Assembly (NCBI GenBank): GCA_024346625.1 | Contig: AP024668.1 | Coordinates: forward strand, 372,001 to 436,000 | Length of the DNA: 64,000 bases | Direction: 5' to 3' | Source of the DNA: Williopsis jadinii | Lineage: Eukaryota | Shown here: positions 1 to 11,015 of the stretch, piece by piece | Numbering within the stretch: position 1 is the first letter of the stretch | Layout: each line of letters begins with the position of its first letter | The notes under the pieces: model-generated | What the model was told of the DNA's origin: nothing | Database searches by the model: none | What the model saw: only the letters and a program-made list of their open reading frames with translations | Made by a program: the position numbers and the translations under genes

Positions 1-1019
1 ATCATAGCACCACCACAGATGCAGCAAACCATTATGGCAGCACGACGGCCAATGAAACCAGAGAAATGACCAATGACCATACCACCAGCCATAGCACCTA
101 GATTTGCAACAGAGTTCGTCACGGTTGATCTATCAGATGAAAATCCCAATTGCTTTGTCAACATTGTTGGATACAAATCCTGGGATCCATGGGACATGAA
201 GTTCATACCAGCCATAAGTAAGACGAGATAGCCCATCTTGACCCATTGTTGTTTGAACGTGTTCCAGGCATCTCTTCTGAAGGTCGATTTTCTGTTGGAC
301 ATGTGTAGCTTCTGCTGCAAGAACTCCTCTGTTTCTGGAAGGAAGGCTCTCCAAAGGATGAAAAGAACTGGAGGACCAGCAGAGAACCAAAAGAGTGATC
401 TCCAACCCTTCTCTGTTGTATCAGTGATTGCTCTTTGGAAAATAACAGCCAAAAGATAGCCAAGTGCGTAACCTTGTTGGAACACACCAGAGAGGAACGA
501 ACGTGCATCTGTTGGCAGTCCTTCAAGGGCCGTGGCAGAGGCTAATCCGTACATAGATCCCATAAAGATACCGAAAAGGGCACGCACACCAAGGAACTCG
601 GAGTACGTTTTGACAAAACCAGTACCGATTTGAATCACAATAAGGCAGATCAGGTTGACGATCAACGGCCATTTTCTACCATATCTATCACCAAAGTAAC
701 CAAAGAAGATAGCACCAACAGATCTGAACATCAGAACCAGAGTTATACCCCAGGAGACGTCCTTTACTGAACGGTTCAAGTCTTCAGAGATGTTCGACAT
801 GTTCAAGGACATGGCGAAGAAGTCCAGCGCATCCCATGTCCACGCCAACATGCCGATGATATAGAACTGCCAATTACGCCAGGTCATCGCTCTCAAGCCA
901 GGGAACGGGTTCATATGGCTCTTCTCGATCTCCCATTGCTCCCTTGAAGGTATTAGCGTTGTGAAACGCTCTCTTGCGTACTGCGCACACTCCGACATGG
1001 AGTACGTCTTGAATCCCAT
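1..1019 (-). CDS. JEN2: Carboxylate/H+ symporter, Jen family (Jen2-like); runs off the left edge of the window
   Basis: Not in the ORF track. Manual translation from the ATG at 1019: MGFKTYSMSECAQYARERFTTLIP...NPFPGLRAMTWRNWQFYIIGMLAWTWDALDFF...GYFGDRYGRKW... and the SHS-family signature NFMSHGSQDLYPT. Confidence 0.85.
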   Translation of the reverse strand, partial: MGFKTYSMSECAQYARERFTTLIPSREQWEIEKSHMNPFPGLRAMTWRNWQFYIIGMLAWTWDALDFFAMSLNMSNISEDLNRSVKDVSWGITLVLMFRSVGAIFFGYFGDRYGRKWPLIVNLICLIVIQIGTGFVKTYSEFLGVRALFGIFMGSMYGLASATALEGLPTDARSFLSGVFQQGYALGYLLAVIFQRAITDTTEKGWRSLFWFSAGPPVLFILWRAFLPETEEFLQQKLHMSNRKSTFRRDAWNTFKQQWVKMGYLVLLMAGMNFMSHGSQDLYPTMLTKQLGFSSDRSTVTNSVANLGAMAGGMVIGHFSGFIGRRAAIMVCCICGGAM

Positions 1020-1320
1020 GTTTTCCAGTTTGTTCACACAGATTGCAGCAAGAAACGGGGTGCAAGAATGAGAAACAGACAGAGCTCCGGGGAGAGACAA
1101 GGGAGGTGTGGACAATTGAAAGTATTTATAACTGGCTCGATAGACACTTTCAAGGAAATGAACCCACAACGGAAACAAACCAAAATAGCAGTACCAATCA
1201 GAGAGATATGCATGGTCAAGCGCACAAGCCACAAACACCGCTGTTTAAACTTTCATTGCGCGTGGGAATGGCAACGCAATCCCGCCTAATGCCGTAGAAA
1301 AACTGCCCTTTCCGCTTTCC

Positions 1321-1498
1321 ATTACCCCGCATGACTGTCCGTTTGTCCCCTTTCATTTTGTCTGCATATTTTGTCTTTTGGGCCTCAGTTTCCAACTCTA
1401 TTTCTCCGATTTGGCGATCCCCCAGGTAATCAGGCCCTTTGGCGGTAATACTGGCGGGTAAATTCGTCTTGTCGTTGAAATGATGGGTGGGGTATTTG
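1321..1498. promoter_or_regulatory. Candidate Mig1-type glucose-repression boxes upstream of the Jen gene
   Basis: ATTACCCCGC at 1321-1330 fits the SYGGRG box loosely; a second GTGGGG core lies at 1488-1493. Jen genes are known to be glucose repressed. Confidence 0.3.
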
Positions 1499-2776
1499 TC
1501 TGCTTCTATGTGGGTACCATCCACGGATGTAATGATCTTTTGGTGGAGGCTTCCCATTGTGGCCACTTGGCTTGGAACATTGGCAACGGTCATGGCCCCA
1601 AGAACGTAGTCAAGGACAGCCGTAGCAAATTGTAGAGATGTCGTAAGAAAACAGATCATGGCCCACGATGGAGACGATGACCACTCACTGTTGCTCATGT
1701 CCACTTCCATGTGCGAGATCCTTTTATCCAATTGTGTGTGTGTGTTATTCCTGTATGATTCATAATGACTCAGAATCAGATGACTGCGTCAACTCCTGCT
1801 TTTTTCTTTTTGAATCTTCAAAATGAATATTGCACGCCAGATAGCAAGCCTGAGTACTCATTCCCGGAACACTGAAGCCCCCCCCCCCCAGATGAACTAA
1901 GGAGATGATCGACCATTGGCACTACAAGCCAGCTGGCAATGTTCTAATGGTCTGTAAGTGTATCTCTTTTGTATATTGGCCTATTATCGTAATTAGTGCT
2001 CCCCAAACAGACAATGAGATTTGAGAGCAAGTAGCTAATGACTCACAGAGAGGCTGTTAAGGCGTAATTCTTGGCTAGACACCAGATGTAGATACGCCCT
2101 TCCTGCAATGGTGGTTTCATTGTACCATGGGGACAGCAGTTGGTGCATCAGAACAGCGCTCGACGAAATAGGTATGACGATCCAAGGAACAGTAAAGAGA
2201 CTCATCTGTGGAGGGGATCCAACAGGAGCCGTACACGGTGTCCAACATTTGTGGAGCTATGCGTCATAACGTGTATAGTCGTATGAAATACGGGCGTTCC
2301 AAGAGCTCTTAGCAGTACCACATGTAGAAGTTGTAGACTACCATTGCCTGCCTTGGAAAGTTGGTATTGGAACAGTACGGAGCGAACACGCAAGTCAAAC
2401 ATGGGCGCGCGGTCTAACGGGCATACGCACCAGAGGTTGGAGGACCATCACGCATAAGACCAAATGCTGGAGTCCGAACCCACTCGATGATAGACATTTC
2501 AGGAATGAAGACCTCACGTTGAAGAGAATCTCACCCATCACGAGATAGTTCCAGCCCACTAAGCTTCGTTAAAATTGTGTAGCAATATTATTTCAGACCA
2601 GCAAACGTATTCCCACACTCCCTTCATTGATAAGCTGATTCTGTTGGAAATATCCCCACAGGTGATCTTTAAATGCAGGTGTTTCGTATGTTTATCGGAC
2701 AATTCATGATTCCCAACGTACATTTCCGTGGAGAAGGGCATATATGAAAGTACCCCGTTTCGTCCATGAGACTGAA

Positions 2777-4363
2777 TTACTTCTCCATAGTATCAGAGGA
2801 GTTGTTCAGATCAGCAACAACGACAACCGGATCCTCCGCCAAACTCTCCACCTCGATAGCAGAATCGTCCAATACCAAATCACCCTGATTCTGTGTGTCT
2901 TCAACATCCTCGTAATCGTCTTTAATTTCTGGTTCTGAATACTCAACATATGAATAGAGTCTTTCACGCGTAGTTGTTGGTTCTGAAATGGTATCAGAGG
3001 CTATCACAACAGGGTCTGTATCTTCACCAGCCTCCACACCTCTTTGTTCGTCATCTTCCTTGATATCTTCGTACTCTAGTCCAACATCGACAAATCCATA
3101 ATCATCATCGTCGTGTACCACGAAGGACGGTTTCCTAAAAGATGTAATACGTTCTGGGTTCTCATCAGGTGAAATGTGAATGATTTTGTTCTTAGATTCT
3201 GGATTCTGGATGGATCTCTTCCAATCGTTCCAGTCATCTTCATCACGAATTAAAGTTCCAATCAACATAGAAGGATCAATGTCTGAAAGATGAATCTTAC
3301 GAATCTTATCAGTGTGGACCGTGGTGATGTCCAACACAGAAACCACTTGCGTGCTTTCACTGGCTGAATTTTCTGCAAGATCGTCATCCTTCAATGCAAG
3401 CTGTGGTATATGAGGATCTAAATAGAAGAGGTAATCACCCTGGTACCCAAAAAAGTAATGAGATGATGATGGTCTTCCACCAGCAATACCGACACTCTGC
3501 TTCAGTGCAAGGAGCTCCTTCAAACTTTGCCAATATATACTGTTGACCTTATCCACTCCCAACCTGACACCTAAGAGCACCAACGTTGGTCTAAACTCCC
3601 CAGTTTGGCCATCCTTAACAACTTTGAACAAGTCTTGCTCGTAAATATCACCACTGTCTGCCCCGATATAGACCTGGAGTCCAGAGTCGAATGTTGAGCA
3701 GAGCGCCTGGATGCTTCGAGCCGTTGCAGAGGGTCCAAACCACTCACCAGCTTTCTTCTGCGAAAGTACACGGCCCTGCTCCACAATGTTGTGGATAGAA
3801 AAGGGCCTCGAGGGCGTATCAGCAAACCATGAAACGATCTCATCATGTTTAGCGCATGTGATACTGGGATCATACCTCCAGTCACGGTCAACGTGTAGAT
3901 GGAGCAGAGCATTTCCTAGCATCGTCTGTCCCGTACGTATCATACACCCCCAGCCACAGTCACTCGTGAAGTGGTCGCTTTGTAGGTCGTAATTCGAGCC
4001 ACGTATCAGATTCCCCAAGGAAAGAGGCGAAGGGCCATCGGCGTCTCTCTCCAAGGGAGGGAACCGTGTTCTATACGTAAACCAGAGCCTCGAGTTCACA
4101 TCCCGCACAAACTCTTCTGGCCATTGCACATCCTTCGCTGCTCCTCTCTTTGTGAAGGCGAAGAAGAGCTGCTTCACCTGTGGCACCACCTCCGTTGCCG
4201 CCCCGCCGTCATCTTCATCAACACCATCTGACAGCTGCTTATCAGCCGGAACCTGGGGACTATACCTCCTTCCCAGAACAACAAGCTCATTTATATGGTC
4301 TTCATTCTCGAGCGGTTTGCTCCAAAGAAGATCAACAACTCTTTGGATCCCGCTGGTGTTCAT
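2777..4363 (-). CDS. ATG4: Cysteine protease Atg4 (peptidase C54)
   Basis: Motifs SRLWFTYR, FTSDCGWGCMIRTGQ (catalytic Cys), GEWFGPS, GIAGGRPSSSHYF, YLDPH. Confidence 0.97.
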   Translation of the reverse strand: MNTSGIQRVVDLLWSKPLENEDHINELVVLGRRYSPQVPADKQLSDGVDEDDGGAATEVVPQVKQLFFAFTKRGAAKDVQWPEEFVRDVNSRLWFTYRTRFPPLERDADGPSPLSLGNLIRGSNYDLQSDHFTSDCGWGCMIRTGQTMLGNALLHLHVDRDWRYDPSITCAKHDEIVSWFADTPSRPFSIHNIVEQGRVLSQKKAGEWFGPSATARSIQALCSTFDSGLQVYIGADSGDIYEQDLFKVVKDGQTGEFRPTLVLLGVRLGVDKVNSIYWQSLKELLALKQSVGIAGGRPSSSHYFFGYQGDYLFYLDPHIPQLALKDDDLAENSASESTQVVSVLDITTVHTDKIRKIHLSDIDPSMLIGTLIRDEDDWNDWKRSIQNPESKNKIIHISPDENPERITSFRKPSFVVHDDDDYGFVDVGLEYEDIKEDDEQRGVEAGEDTDPVVIASDTISEPTTTRERLYSYVEYSEPEIKDDYEDVEDTQNQGDLVLDDSAIEVESLAEDPVVVVADLNNSSDTMEK

Positions 4364-4602
4364 CTTCTCCCTAAGCTCCCTGTTCGCTAGATATCTTTTG
4401 CTATAATCAGCACTATGAGATGTGTCCTATTGTCTGTTTCTGTCTGATACGCTTTGTTTACCTCCCGCCTCCAAGAAAACCACAAACCGCCGCTTTGAAG
4501 GGGGGCAACACCTAGGGCGCCAGAACGAGATGGCGATGAGCTTAGAAACGACACAGCGGTTAACGGAAGAAGGAGAGGACCAAGAAAGCTTGTAGATAAA
4601 GA

Positions 4603-6852
4603 ATGCTTAAGCGAGGACACCGTGGCGGCTCCAGAGGAAGAGGTCTGTTTAGAGGTGGTGGGCACGGGCGTGGACGTGGACGTGGACGTGGGCGTGGAGG
4701 ACGTGGTGGGTATATTGGCGGTAAACGTGGTAGATCAAGAGGTGCACGTTCAGGTGGGCCTGGTGGGTTCAACGATGCCAAACACGCCCTGTTGGATGAT
4801 TTGAGTGGTGATCCGGATGTTTACATCCCAGTGGACTCCATGAGAGCGTCTGCAAAGAGGACTCGTAGCGGAAGGTCCCGGTTACAAGATGAGGCCTTCA
4901 CAACAGAAGAGAACGTCGAGAAGACGATGAGGTTGCCGCTGTGGAAAAGACCTGTTGAGTTTATCCAGAGTGATCAATTATCAGACACTACGAACGTTAC
5001 CGCCCTGAAAGCCCAGGAAAGGGAGAGGATTGAGGCCGATGGGTTGGCGGGCGATGTTGATCAGCCGGCAGAGGATCACCTAGACGTTGAGGTTGAGGCG
5101 GTTGAAGCTGGTGACGTTGTTACACATACTGAGACCATCGAGACAAAGAGCGCTGTGTCGTGCGACGTTGGCGAGCCTGTCTTGAGTGACAGAGTTGTCC
5201 CGGAAAGGCCAAAGAAGCCTACTGTCCAAGAGAAACTGCAGTCTCTCTCCGATGATAAACTGTTCTTTGTGGATGAGACAGGATCATCGTCAAGGATCCA
5301 AATAAGAGAAGAACCCCTTGAGCTGACTCAGCCAGCCACAGGTGGCCCCAACACTGAGTTTTCCCCTAACTTATCCATTGGACATGTTCATTTATCCACT
5401 AAGATCAATGGGAATGGCGAAACGGTCACTCAGCTCCCTGGTGATCGAAACGATTTCCATGTTGAGCCCTCGGAAGGTGACCTCTACAAATCTTACCAGG
5501 AGTACATTTCCAACGTCATGGGAACACTATTCGAGAATGACGAGGACAACGAGGATGACGAAGATGAAGTCTTTGCAGAGTTGGATGAGGACTTTGAAGA
5601 AGAGGCCAAATTCATGGCTGAAGGTGTATCAAAGGAGGAGGTGGCCGATACATCATACATGGAACAACAAACTTCAGCAAGCATTCAGGATGGACTAACT
5701 CTCAAGGAGAAGGAACCAGAAAATCAAGAGCCGGAGTATGGATTCTTACCCGAAGATTATGAATCGTTTGATCATTCCCTTGTGGATATATTTAATATCA
5801 GAGAAGGCTTCCAATCATCTCAGTATCTGATGAAGAGCTTTAGGCTTACAGGCTCCTATGATACTCATTGGATCGATAGGGAACTGTTTGAAGACTTTTT
5901 ACTAGAGAATGGTATGCCAGAGCATAGGCTTAATGCTTACTTCAAATACGTAAAGGCAAAGCTTTATCCTGAAGAAGAGGAAGAAGATGATATGGACGAT
6001 ATATCATTCGATGATAGTGATAGCGAGGAGGCAGATGAGGAAGAAGAAGAAGCGGCTATACCTTCTGATGAGGAAGGTCTTGCTGATTTGATCAACTTCA
6101 CAAAGAAATATGATGGGCTCCGTGATATGGAGTTCGAAACACACACCTTGAAGACCAAGGGCAAAGGCCGCAAGAAGCAGCTCGACGTTGATAGTATAAC
6201 TGGTGAATTTGGTGACATTTTACAACAGCAGTGGGCCAATGATCGCCAACACAAACGAGAAAAGCGTAAGAATAGACACTCTAACATTGCAGAGGAGCAT
6301 GCCACGTCTGTGGATCTATGCTTGAAGTACCCTTATACAATTTACGTCAAAGACATGCGGAACGAATTGGAGGAGTTTTTATCAGACTCTGTACGGAAAT
6401 CTCTCACATTCCCTCCATTGGACCCTCATGGTAACAGAACCGTTCAAAATATGGCACACAAGTTTAACATGAAGTCAAGGAAATTTGGATCTGGAAATAA
6501 GCAGCACGTTGTGGTTATCAAGAACAAACGTACGTATAGAACCATTCCGGACTATATGGACATCGATAGATTTCTTCATCAGAGACCTGTTTTCAACAGA
6601 ACAGACCAAAGGAGACCACGTTCTGAGATTGACCAGGAAAAATCATCAAGACGTGGTAAACCAAGTAAGGCACATAACAGAGAAGGTGATATCGTTGGTG
6701 CCAATGCACCAGAGATCTCATGCGATAACTTTGGTAGAAGACTGTTGGTCAAAATGGGCTGGAAAGCTGGTCAAGGTCTTGGTCTTGGGAATGACGGTAT
6801 ATCTGAACCTGTCATGGCGAAGGTTAAGAATTCCAAGCTGGGTATTCGTTAA
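4603..6852 (+). CDS. SQS1: G-patch/R3H protein Sqs1 (Pfa1)
   Basis: N-terminal RGG tract, R3H-like FPPLDPHGN...SRKFGSG, C-terminal G-patch NFGRRLLVKMGWKAGQGLG; adjacent to ATG4 as in S. cerevisiae. Confidence 0.92.
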   Translation: MLKRGHRGGSRGRGLFRGGGHGRGRGRGRGRGGRGGYIGGKRGRSRGARSGGPGGFNDAKHALLDDLSGDPDVYIPVDSMRASAKRTRSGRSRLQDEAFTTEENVEKTMRLPLWKRPVEFIQSDQLSDTTNVTALKAQERERIEADGLAGDVDQPAEDHLDVEVEAVEAGDVVTHTETIETKSAVSCDVGEPVLSDRVVPERPKKPTVQEKLQSLSDDKLFFVDETGSSSRIQIREEPLELTQPATGGPNTEFSPNLSIGHVHLSTKINGNGETVTQLPGDRNDFHVEPSEGDLYKSYQEYISNVMGTLFENDEDNEDDEDEVFAELDEDFEEEAKFMAEGVSKEEVADTSYMEQQTSASIQDGLTLKEKEPENQEPEYGFLPEDYESFDHSLVDIFNIREGFQSSQYLMKSFRLTGSYDTHWIDRELFEDFLLENGMPEHRLNAYFKYVKAKLYPEEEEEDDMDDISFDDSDSEEADEEEEEAAIPSDEEGLADLINFTKKYDGLRDMEFETHTLKTKGKGRKKQLDVDSITGEFGDILQQQWANDRQHKREKRKNRHSNIAEEHATSVDLCLKYPYTIYVKDMRNELEEFLSDSVRKSLTFPPLDPHGNRTVQNMAHKFNMKSRKFGSGNKQHVVVIKNKRTYRTIPDYMDIDRFLHQRPVFNRTDQRRPRSEIDQEKSSRRGKPSKAHNREGDIVGANAPEISCDNFGRRLLVKMGWKAGQGLGLGNDGISEPVMAKVKNSKLGIR

Positions 6853-6898
6853 TTATAAATAGATACTTAACGTTGATGTCTATATACAGCATACATCT

Positions 6899-8677
6899 CT
6901 ATTTCTTCTTCTTGCCCTTCTTAGACTTTGGTGGAGGGGCAGCGTGTCCAGTAGCGTTAACGTGTTGAAACAACTTATTTCTTGAAGGGAAGCTCTTCTT
7001 ACAAACACTGCACTTTTCTGGCCCTGAGACCTGCTGTGGTTCAGGTGTTACGCTCGCTGAAGGTTGGACACCTGGTGTTGATGACTTTTTACTTTTCTTC
7101 TTCTTCTCTTTCTTAGAAGATCCCCAATCATCATCTGGATCATGGTCTATGCTAAAGCCAGTGCCACTTTGCAGAGCAGCAGCAAGTTTTGTTAATTCAT
7201 GTTCTTCCTCCTCATCTTCAGCCTGAAGTTGTGCTTTGGGTTGTGAATACTTTAGTTTCTTCTTTTCCTTCTTCGAGAGCTTCTTCTTTGTCGATGATTC
7301 CTCACTGATTTCTGGTTCACTTTCATCAAGATCATCATCCACCTCAAAGGTGTCTTGTTCTTGAGGGTTGGTCTCAGGTTCTCCACCATCTACTGTATTG
7401 TCCATGCCCAGGTTCTTCAACTGTTCTTCGATCTTCTGAAGTTCTTCATCTATCACATCATCATCATCATCTAGACCATCAACATCAATGCTATCGTCCG
7501 AATCGTCGTCGTCAGGACCTTCATCAAGATCTTCAAGATCTTCCTCTTCATCAGCAGTCTCAAACTCACTCTCATCAGAGACTGGGTCAATACCAAGTGA
7601 TATTCCCTCTTTACGCATCTCCCATTTCAATTTCTTGAGAAGCTTCTTATGCTTTTGACTACTTTCATGGCTCTTGAACTGCTTCTCTGTCTTGAAGAAT
7701 TTATCGCAGATAACACACTCAAACACTTCGATCTCGTCATCATTATGCTCTTCATCTTCAACTTTCCCGAACCGTTCTTCGAGATCTGCCAATTGTTCTT
7801 CATCCAACTGTTGCCAACTTTGCTCTTGAAATTGGTTCATGATGGCTTCATTAGCCAATCTATCTCTCTCCAATTGCTTTCTCATGTCTTCCTTCTGTTT
7901 CATCCTACGCTCTTCCTCCAATTTAGCAGCACCCTCTTTGACCCTTGGATCTCTCTTCTTTATGAACGATACAAAGCTTCTCACGGTCTCGTTGAACTCC
8001 CTTCTGGCACTGTCTCGTGCCTTTTTGTTCTCCTTCTCCATTGCACGTCTGGTACGACGATCACCGGCAGTCGAGTACCGGTACTCATCTTTCCAAGAAA
8101 ACGTCTTCACGGATGTGAAGGACCCCCAGACTTGATAGAACTTACGCACTTGGGACCCATAATCCGAGTCAAGGTTACCGAATTTCGGGTACTTGTTGTT
8201 TGTAGTGTCACTATGATCATCGTCTTGGAACTGTGCGTAGCCTTCCAGCCCCTGTTGTCTCCCAGCAAGAATCTCCTCCTCTGCCAGCTTATTGAAGAGT
8301 TGTGTCACCATGGCATACATTCCATACGCGGAGTTATCTTTCCTCGTGTACAGAGATGGGTCGAAGAACTTCAAAATGTCTTCAACCGTGGTGCCAGCGA
8401 TCTCCGGCTCAACATCATCAAACCCATCATTGCCATACTTATCTGAGTCCTCACGCAGAATCTGAGATTTGTGTGAGTCGTACCACGCTCTCTCCTGTGG
8501 ATCAGACAGCACCTCATAGGCTGAACGAATCTGCGCAAACTTCAGCGTAGCCTCTTCAACATTGTCTGGGTTCTTGTCCGGATGATACACTAATGCCATC
8601 TTCCTATAGGCCTTCCTCAGCTCAGAGTCTCCTGCCGAAGCAGTTACCCCCAATAGCTCATAGTAGTCTGTTCTCAT
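6899..8677 (-). CDS. JJJ1: J-domain co-chaperone Jjj1
   Basis: First ATG at 8677 ([11 protein letters not shown]); HPD motif, WYDSH, and two C2H2 zinc fingers. Confidence 0.95.
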   Translation of the reverse strand: MRTDYYELLGVTASAGDSELRKAYRKMALVYHPDKNPDNVEEATLKFAQIRSAYEVLSDPQERAWYDSHKSQILREDSDKYGNDGFDDVEPEIAGTTVEDILKFFDPSLYTRKDNSAYGMYAMVTQLFNKLAEEEILAGRQQGLEGYAQFQDDDHSDTTNNKYPKFGNLDSDYGSQVRKFYQVWGSFTSVKTFSWKDEYRYSTAGDRRTRRAMEKENKKARDSARREFNETVRSFVSFIKKRDPRVKEGAAKLEEERRMKQKEDMRKQLERDRLANEAIMNQFQEQSWQQLDEEQLADLEERFGKVEDEEHNDDEIEVFECVICDKFFKTEKQFKSHESSQKHKKLLKKLKWEMRKEGISLGIDPVSDESEFETADEEEDLEDLDEGPDDDDSDDSIDVDGLDDDDDVIDEELQKIEEQLKNLGMDNTVDGGEPETNPQEQDTFEVDDDLDESEPEISEESSTKKKLSKKEKKKLKYSQPKAQLQAEDEEEEHELTKLAAALQSGTGFSIDHDPDDDWGSSKKEKKKKSKKSSTPGVQPSASVTPEPQQVSGPEKCSVCKKSFPSRNKLFQHVNATGHAAPPPKSKKGKKKK

Positions 8678-8964
8678 AGCCACCTCTTGTCACTTGGCTG
8701 AACAGTCTCTGCAATGGAAACTCCCACTGATTCTTCTCTATGTCTATCATTATGTCCCTAAAACTTTTCACGTTTTTTTTTGAGCTCAACGCTGGTATCA
8801 AGCAGTCGGAGAAAATTTCCCATTTTGACACATCAACGCTACAGAGATGAGACGCACTGGAACAACTACGGAACAATGTAAGTAATCCATAATGCACATT
8901 AGAGGTACAATAACACACAGACACAGGTATATTTCTGTACTTAGTCAACATCAAAAGTTCAGTT

Positions 8965-10248
8965 TCATTTCTTCTCAAGAACTGCGTAAACCAGCTCAAC
9001 GTTCTTCAACATCTCCGAAGTACACCGCACGAGACCGGTATTACCTGTTTCGTTGAGATACCTTGTGATGTCCATTCTTTGATCATAGAGAACCGTATGG
9101 AGTCTTTTCGTGAAATCCACGAGGATCTCCTCATGTGTAAGCCTTAGCATCAATTGCGGGACCAGTTCCTTCACTCTGGAGAATGGGATGTTCAAATTGA
9201 TCAAGATGTTCTTGAGCAAGTTCTGTGACTCAACCATGGTAAGGTTGTCCACTTCACATAGGTTAAGCCCATCATATAGTGATATGCCGTTAGAATCCGT
9301 GGTGCTGAGCTCAGGGAATTTCAACGGTGAGATCTTTTCACTTGTATCGCCAACGTACTTGGATATCTCGGATTCCATCGAGGCGTTGATCTCTGCTATG
9401 GAATTTTCAAGCTCCCTTACGTTGTCTCTGCTCTCGGCAATGGACTTGTCCTTAAGTTCAACCATCTCTTTCAAGCTTATATTGGTGCTTTTGATTATCG
9501 TGGTCTCCTCTTTCAAATCATCGTTCTGTTTCCGCAGTGACTTGATTTCCTCTTCTAAATCTTTCACCTTCTTTGCATTGGATTCCAACTCATTATCGTC
9601 AACGATTCGCCAGTGCTTTACAGATTCACCGTTGACGATGCTTTTCAATACTTTGGACCCATTCGTGGAGGAGTTTAGGAACTCCTTCAACTTTGCCAGT
9701 TGTTCCAACTCGGCACTCCTGTTAGGACTCAATCCTATTCCCTTATCTTCTTTTAAACTCGTATTCCTTTTTGCTTGTGGCTTCGATGGTGTATCGTCAT
9801 GGTAGCTTGAGTCCTTGGATCCCAGTACACCTCTCTCTTGGTCTTCATCGTGTTCCTCGTCTTCAGAGCTTGATTCAGAATCATGGGCCAGCTCAACACT
9901 CTGTGCCAGTTTGGACAGCTTGGCTTTCAAAATGTCCTTTGGTTGGACACCTCTTGAGCTCATATGAGCAGGCGTCGATTGCATGATAGGGTTCCAGGCC
10001 TTCTCTGGGACTGGGCTGCTAAAGACTTGCTGTTTGGAGCTGGGTTTTTGGGACTCTTTGGAAGAATCTGTCTGAACACCAATGTCCAAAGACACTCGAG
10101 ACCTGTGTAGTTTGGAGTCCAGGTAACGCGCAATCTCCAATTCATCCTTGTCGTTGAACTGCGGTACATTTGGAATCATAGGGCTCTGTGCTGATTCGTC
10201 CACTTCCCTCGTGAGGTACATGTATGACTCCGTGTCGGCAAATGACAT
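8965..10248 (-). CDS. CNM67: Spindle-pole-body coiled-coil protein, Cnm67/Ady3-like
   Basis: ATG at 10248. Central coiled coil; the C-terminal LCEVDNLTMVESQNLLKNILINLNIPF...FTKRLHTVLYDQRMDITRY resembles the Cnm67 C-terminal domain. CNM67 neighbours ATG4/SQS1/JJJ1 in S. cerevisiae. Confidence 0.7.
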   Translation of the reverse strand: MSFADTESYMYLTREVDESAQSPMIPNVPQFNDKDELEIARYLDSKLHRSRVSLDIGVQTDSSKESQKPSSKQQVFSSPVPEKAWNPIMQSTPAHMSSRGVQPKDILKAKLSKLAQSVELAHDSESSSEDEEHDEDQERGVLGSKDSSYHDDTPSKPQAKRNTSLKEDKGIGLSPNRSAELEQLAKLKEFLNSSTNGSKVLKSIVNGESVKHWRIVDDNELESNAKKVKDLEEEIKSLRKQNDDLKEETTIIKSTNISLKEMVELKDKSIAESRDNVRELENSIAEINASMESEISKYVGDTSEKISPLKFPELSTTDSNGISLYDGLNLCEVDNLTMVESQNLLKNILINLNIPFSRVKELVPQLMLRLTHEEILVDFTKRLHTVLYDQRMDITRYLNETGNTGLVRCTSEMLKNVELVYAVLEKK

Positions 10249-10514
10249 GGTGGCGGAATCAAAGAAAAGATAGATAATAGTGCTTGCCAATACGACAAGA
10301 GAACAACAAAGAGGGTATGATCGAGTAAAGCTCAATGGATAGAAGTACAAGCAGTGGTATAATGGTGTGATAGTTGACCCTGTGCAATGCCTCTTGTTGG
10401 CCAATAAAAAGCACAGTCAACACCAGAGGAAAAGAGAGAATGAGCAGTAGAGATGGGCCTCGTAACCGTTTGTTTTGATGGTCTTCTTATGTTGATAACC
10501 AAGGCAATGGCGAT

Positions 10515-10717
10515 GTAAACAGCGAAATCAAAACAGCGAAATCAAAACAAGCGTTTCTATAGCTTTGCAACCACAGACACCGATTCTCCGAGCCTGATGA
10601 TGTGCCACAAAACAGTTACTGTTGCTGTTTCGGTGGAAGCCAGTGAAGTTGAAGCACAGTGCCAACGTATTTGTGACCGATGAAGTTTGTCTGTCTCCTT
10701 CCGAAAATGTAAACAAA
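10515..10717. promoter_or_regulatory. Candidate Ndt80 MSE and forkhead sites in the CNM67-like promoter
   Basis: GCCACAAAA at 10604-10612 and ATTTGTGAC at 10669-10677 (MSE gNCRCAAAW); GTAAACA at 10515 and 10709 (Fkh). Confidence 0.4.
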
Positions 10718-11015
10718 CATAAGTGTGTGTGGCTCCTACCGTGTACTCCCTCAGGCAACCGCTCTCTTGTTGGCGTAACCACGGAAACTCGAGGGGCGTG
10801 TGCAAACCGGGCGGGGTAGAGGGAACATCCAGACACCGCGTCTGTACATGACGTACACTTCAACTCTAAACCACCGTTACACATTATATTCCGGCTACAA
10901 TTCTGGTTGCGTATTTGCTCTATTGCTACTGTATGGTGAACAGCACTGGCTACTGCAATGAATACTGAAAGACTAAATCGTCTTATTATCGTGACTCATG
11001 AAATACTAATTAAAA

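Noticed and set aside
1216..1731. 171-aa minus-strand ORF upstream of the Jen gene
   Set aside because: Non-ATG start, no recognisable domain, overlaps a likely promoter.
7649..8446. Long antisense ORFs (also 21508-22941, 35590-36273, 56745-57428)
   Set aside because: Shadows of codon-biased genuine genes on the opposite strand.
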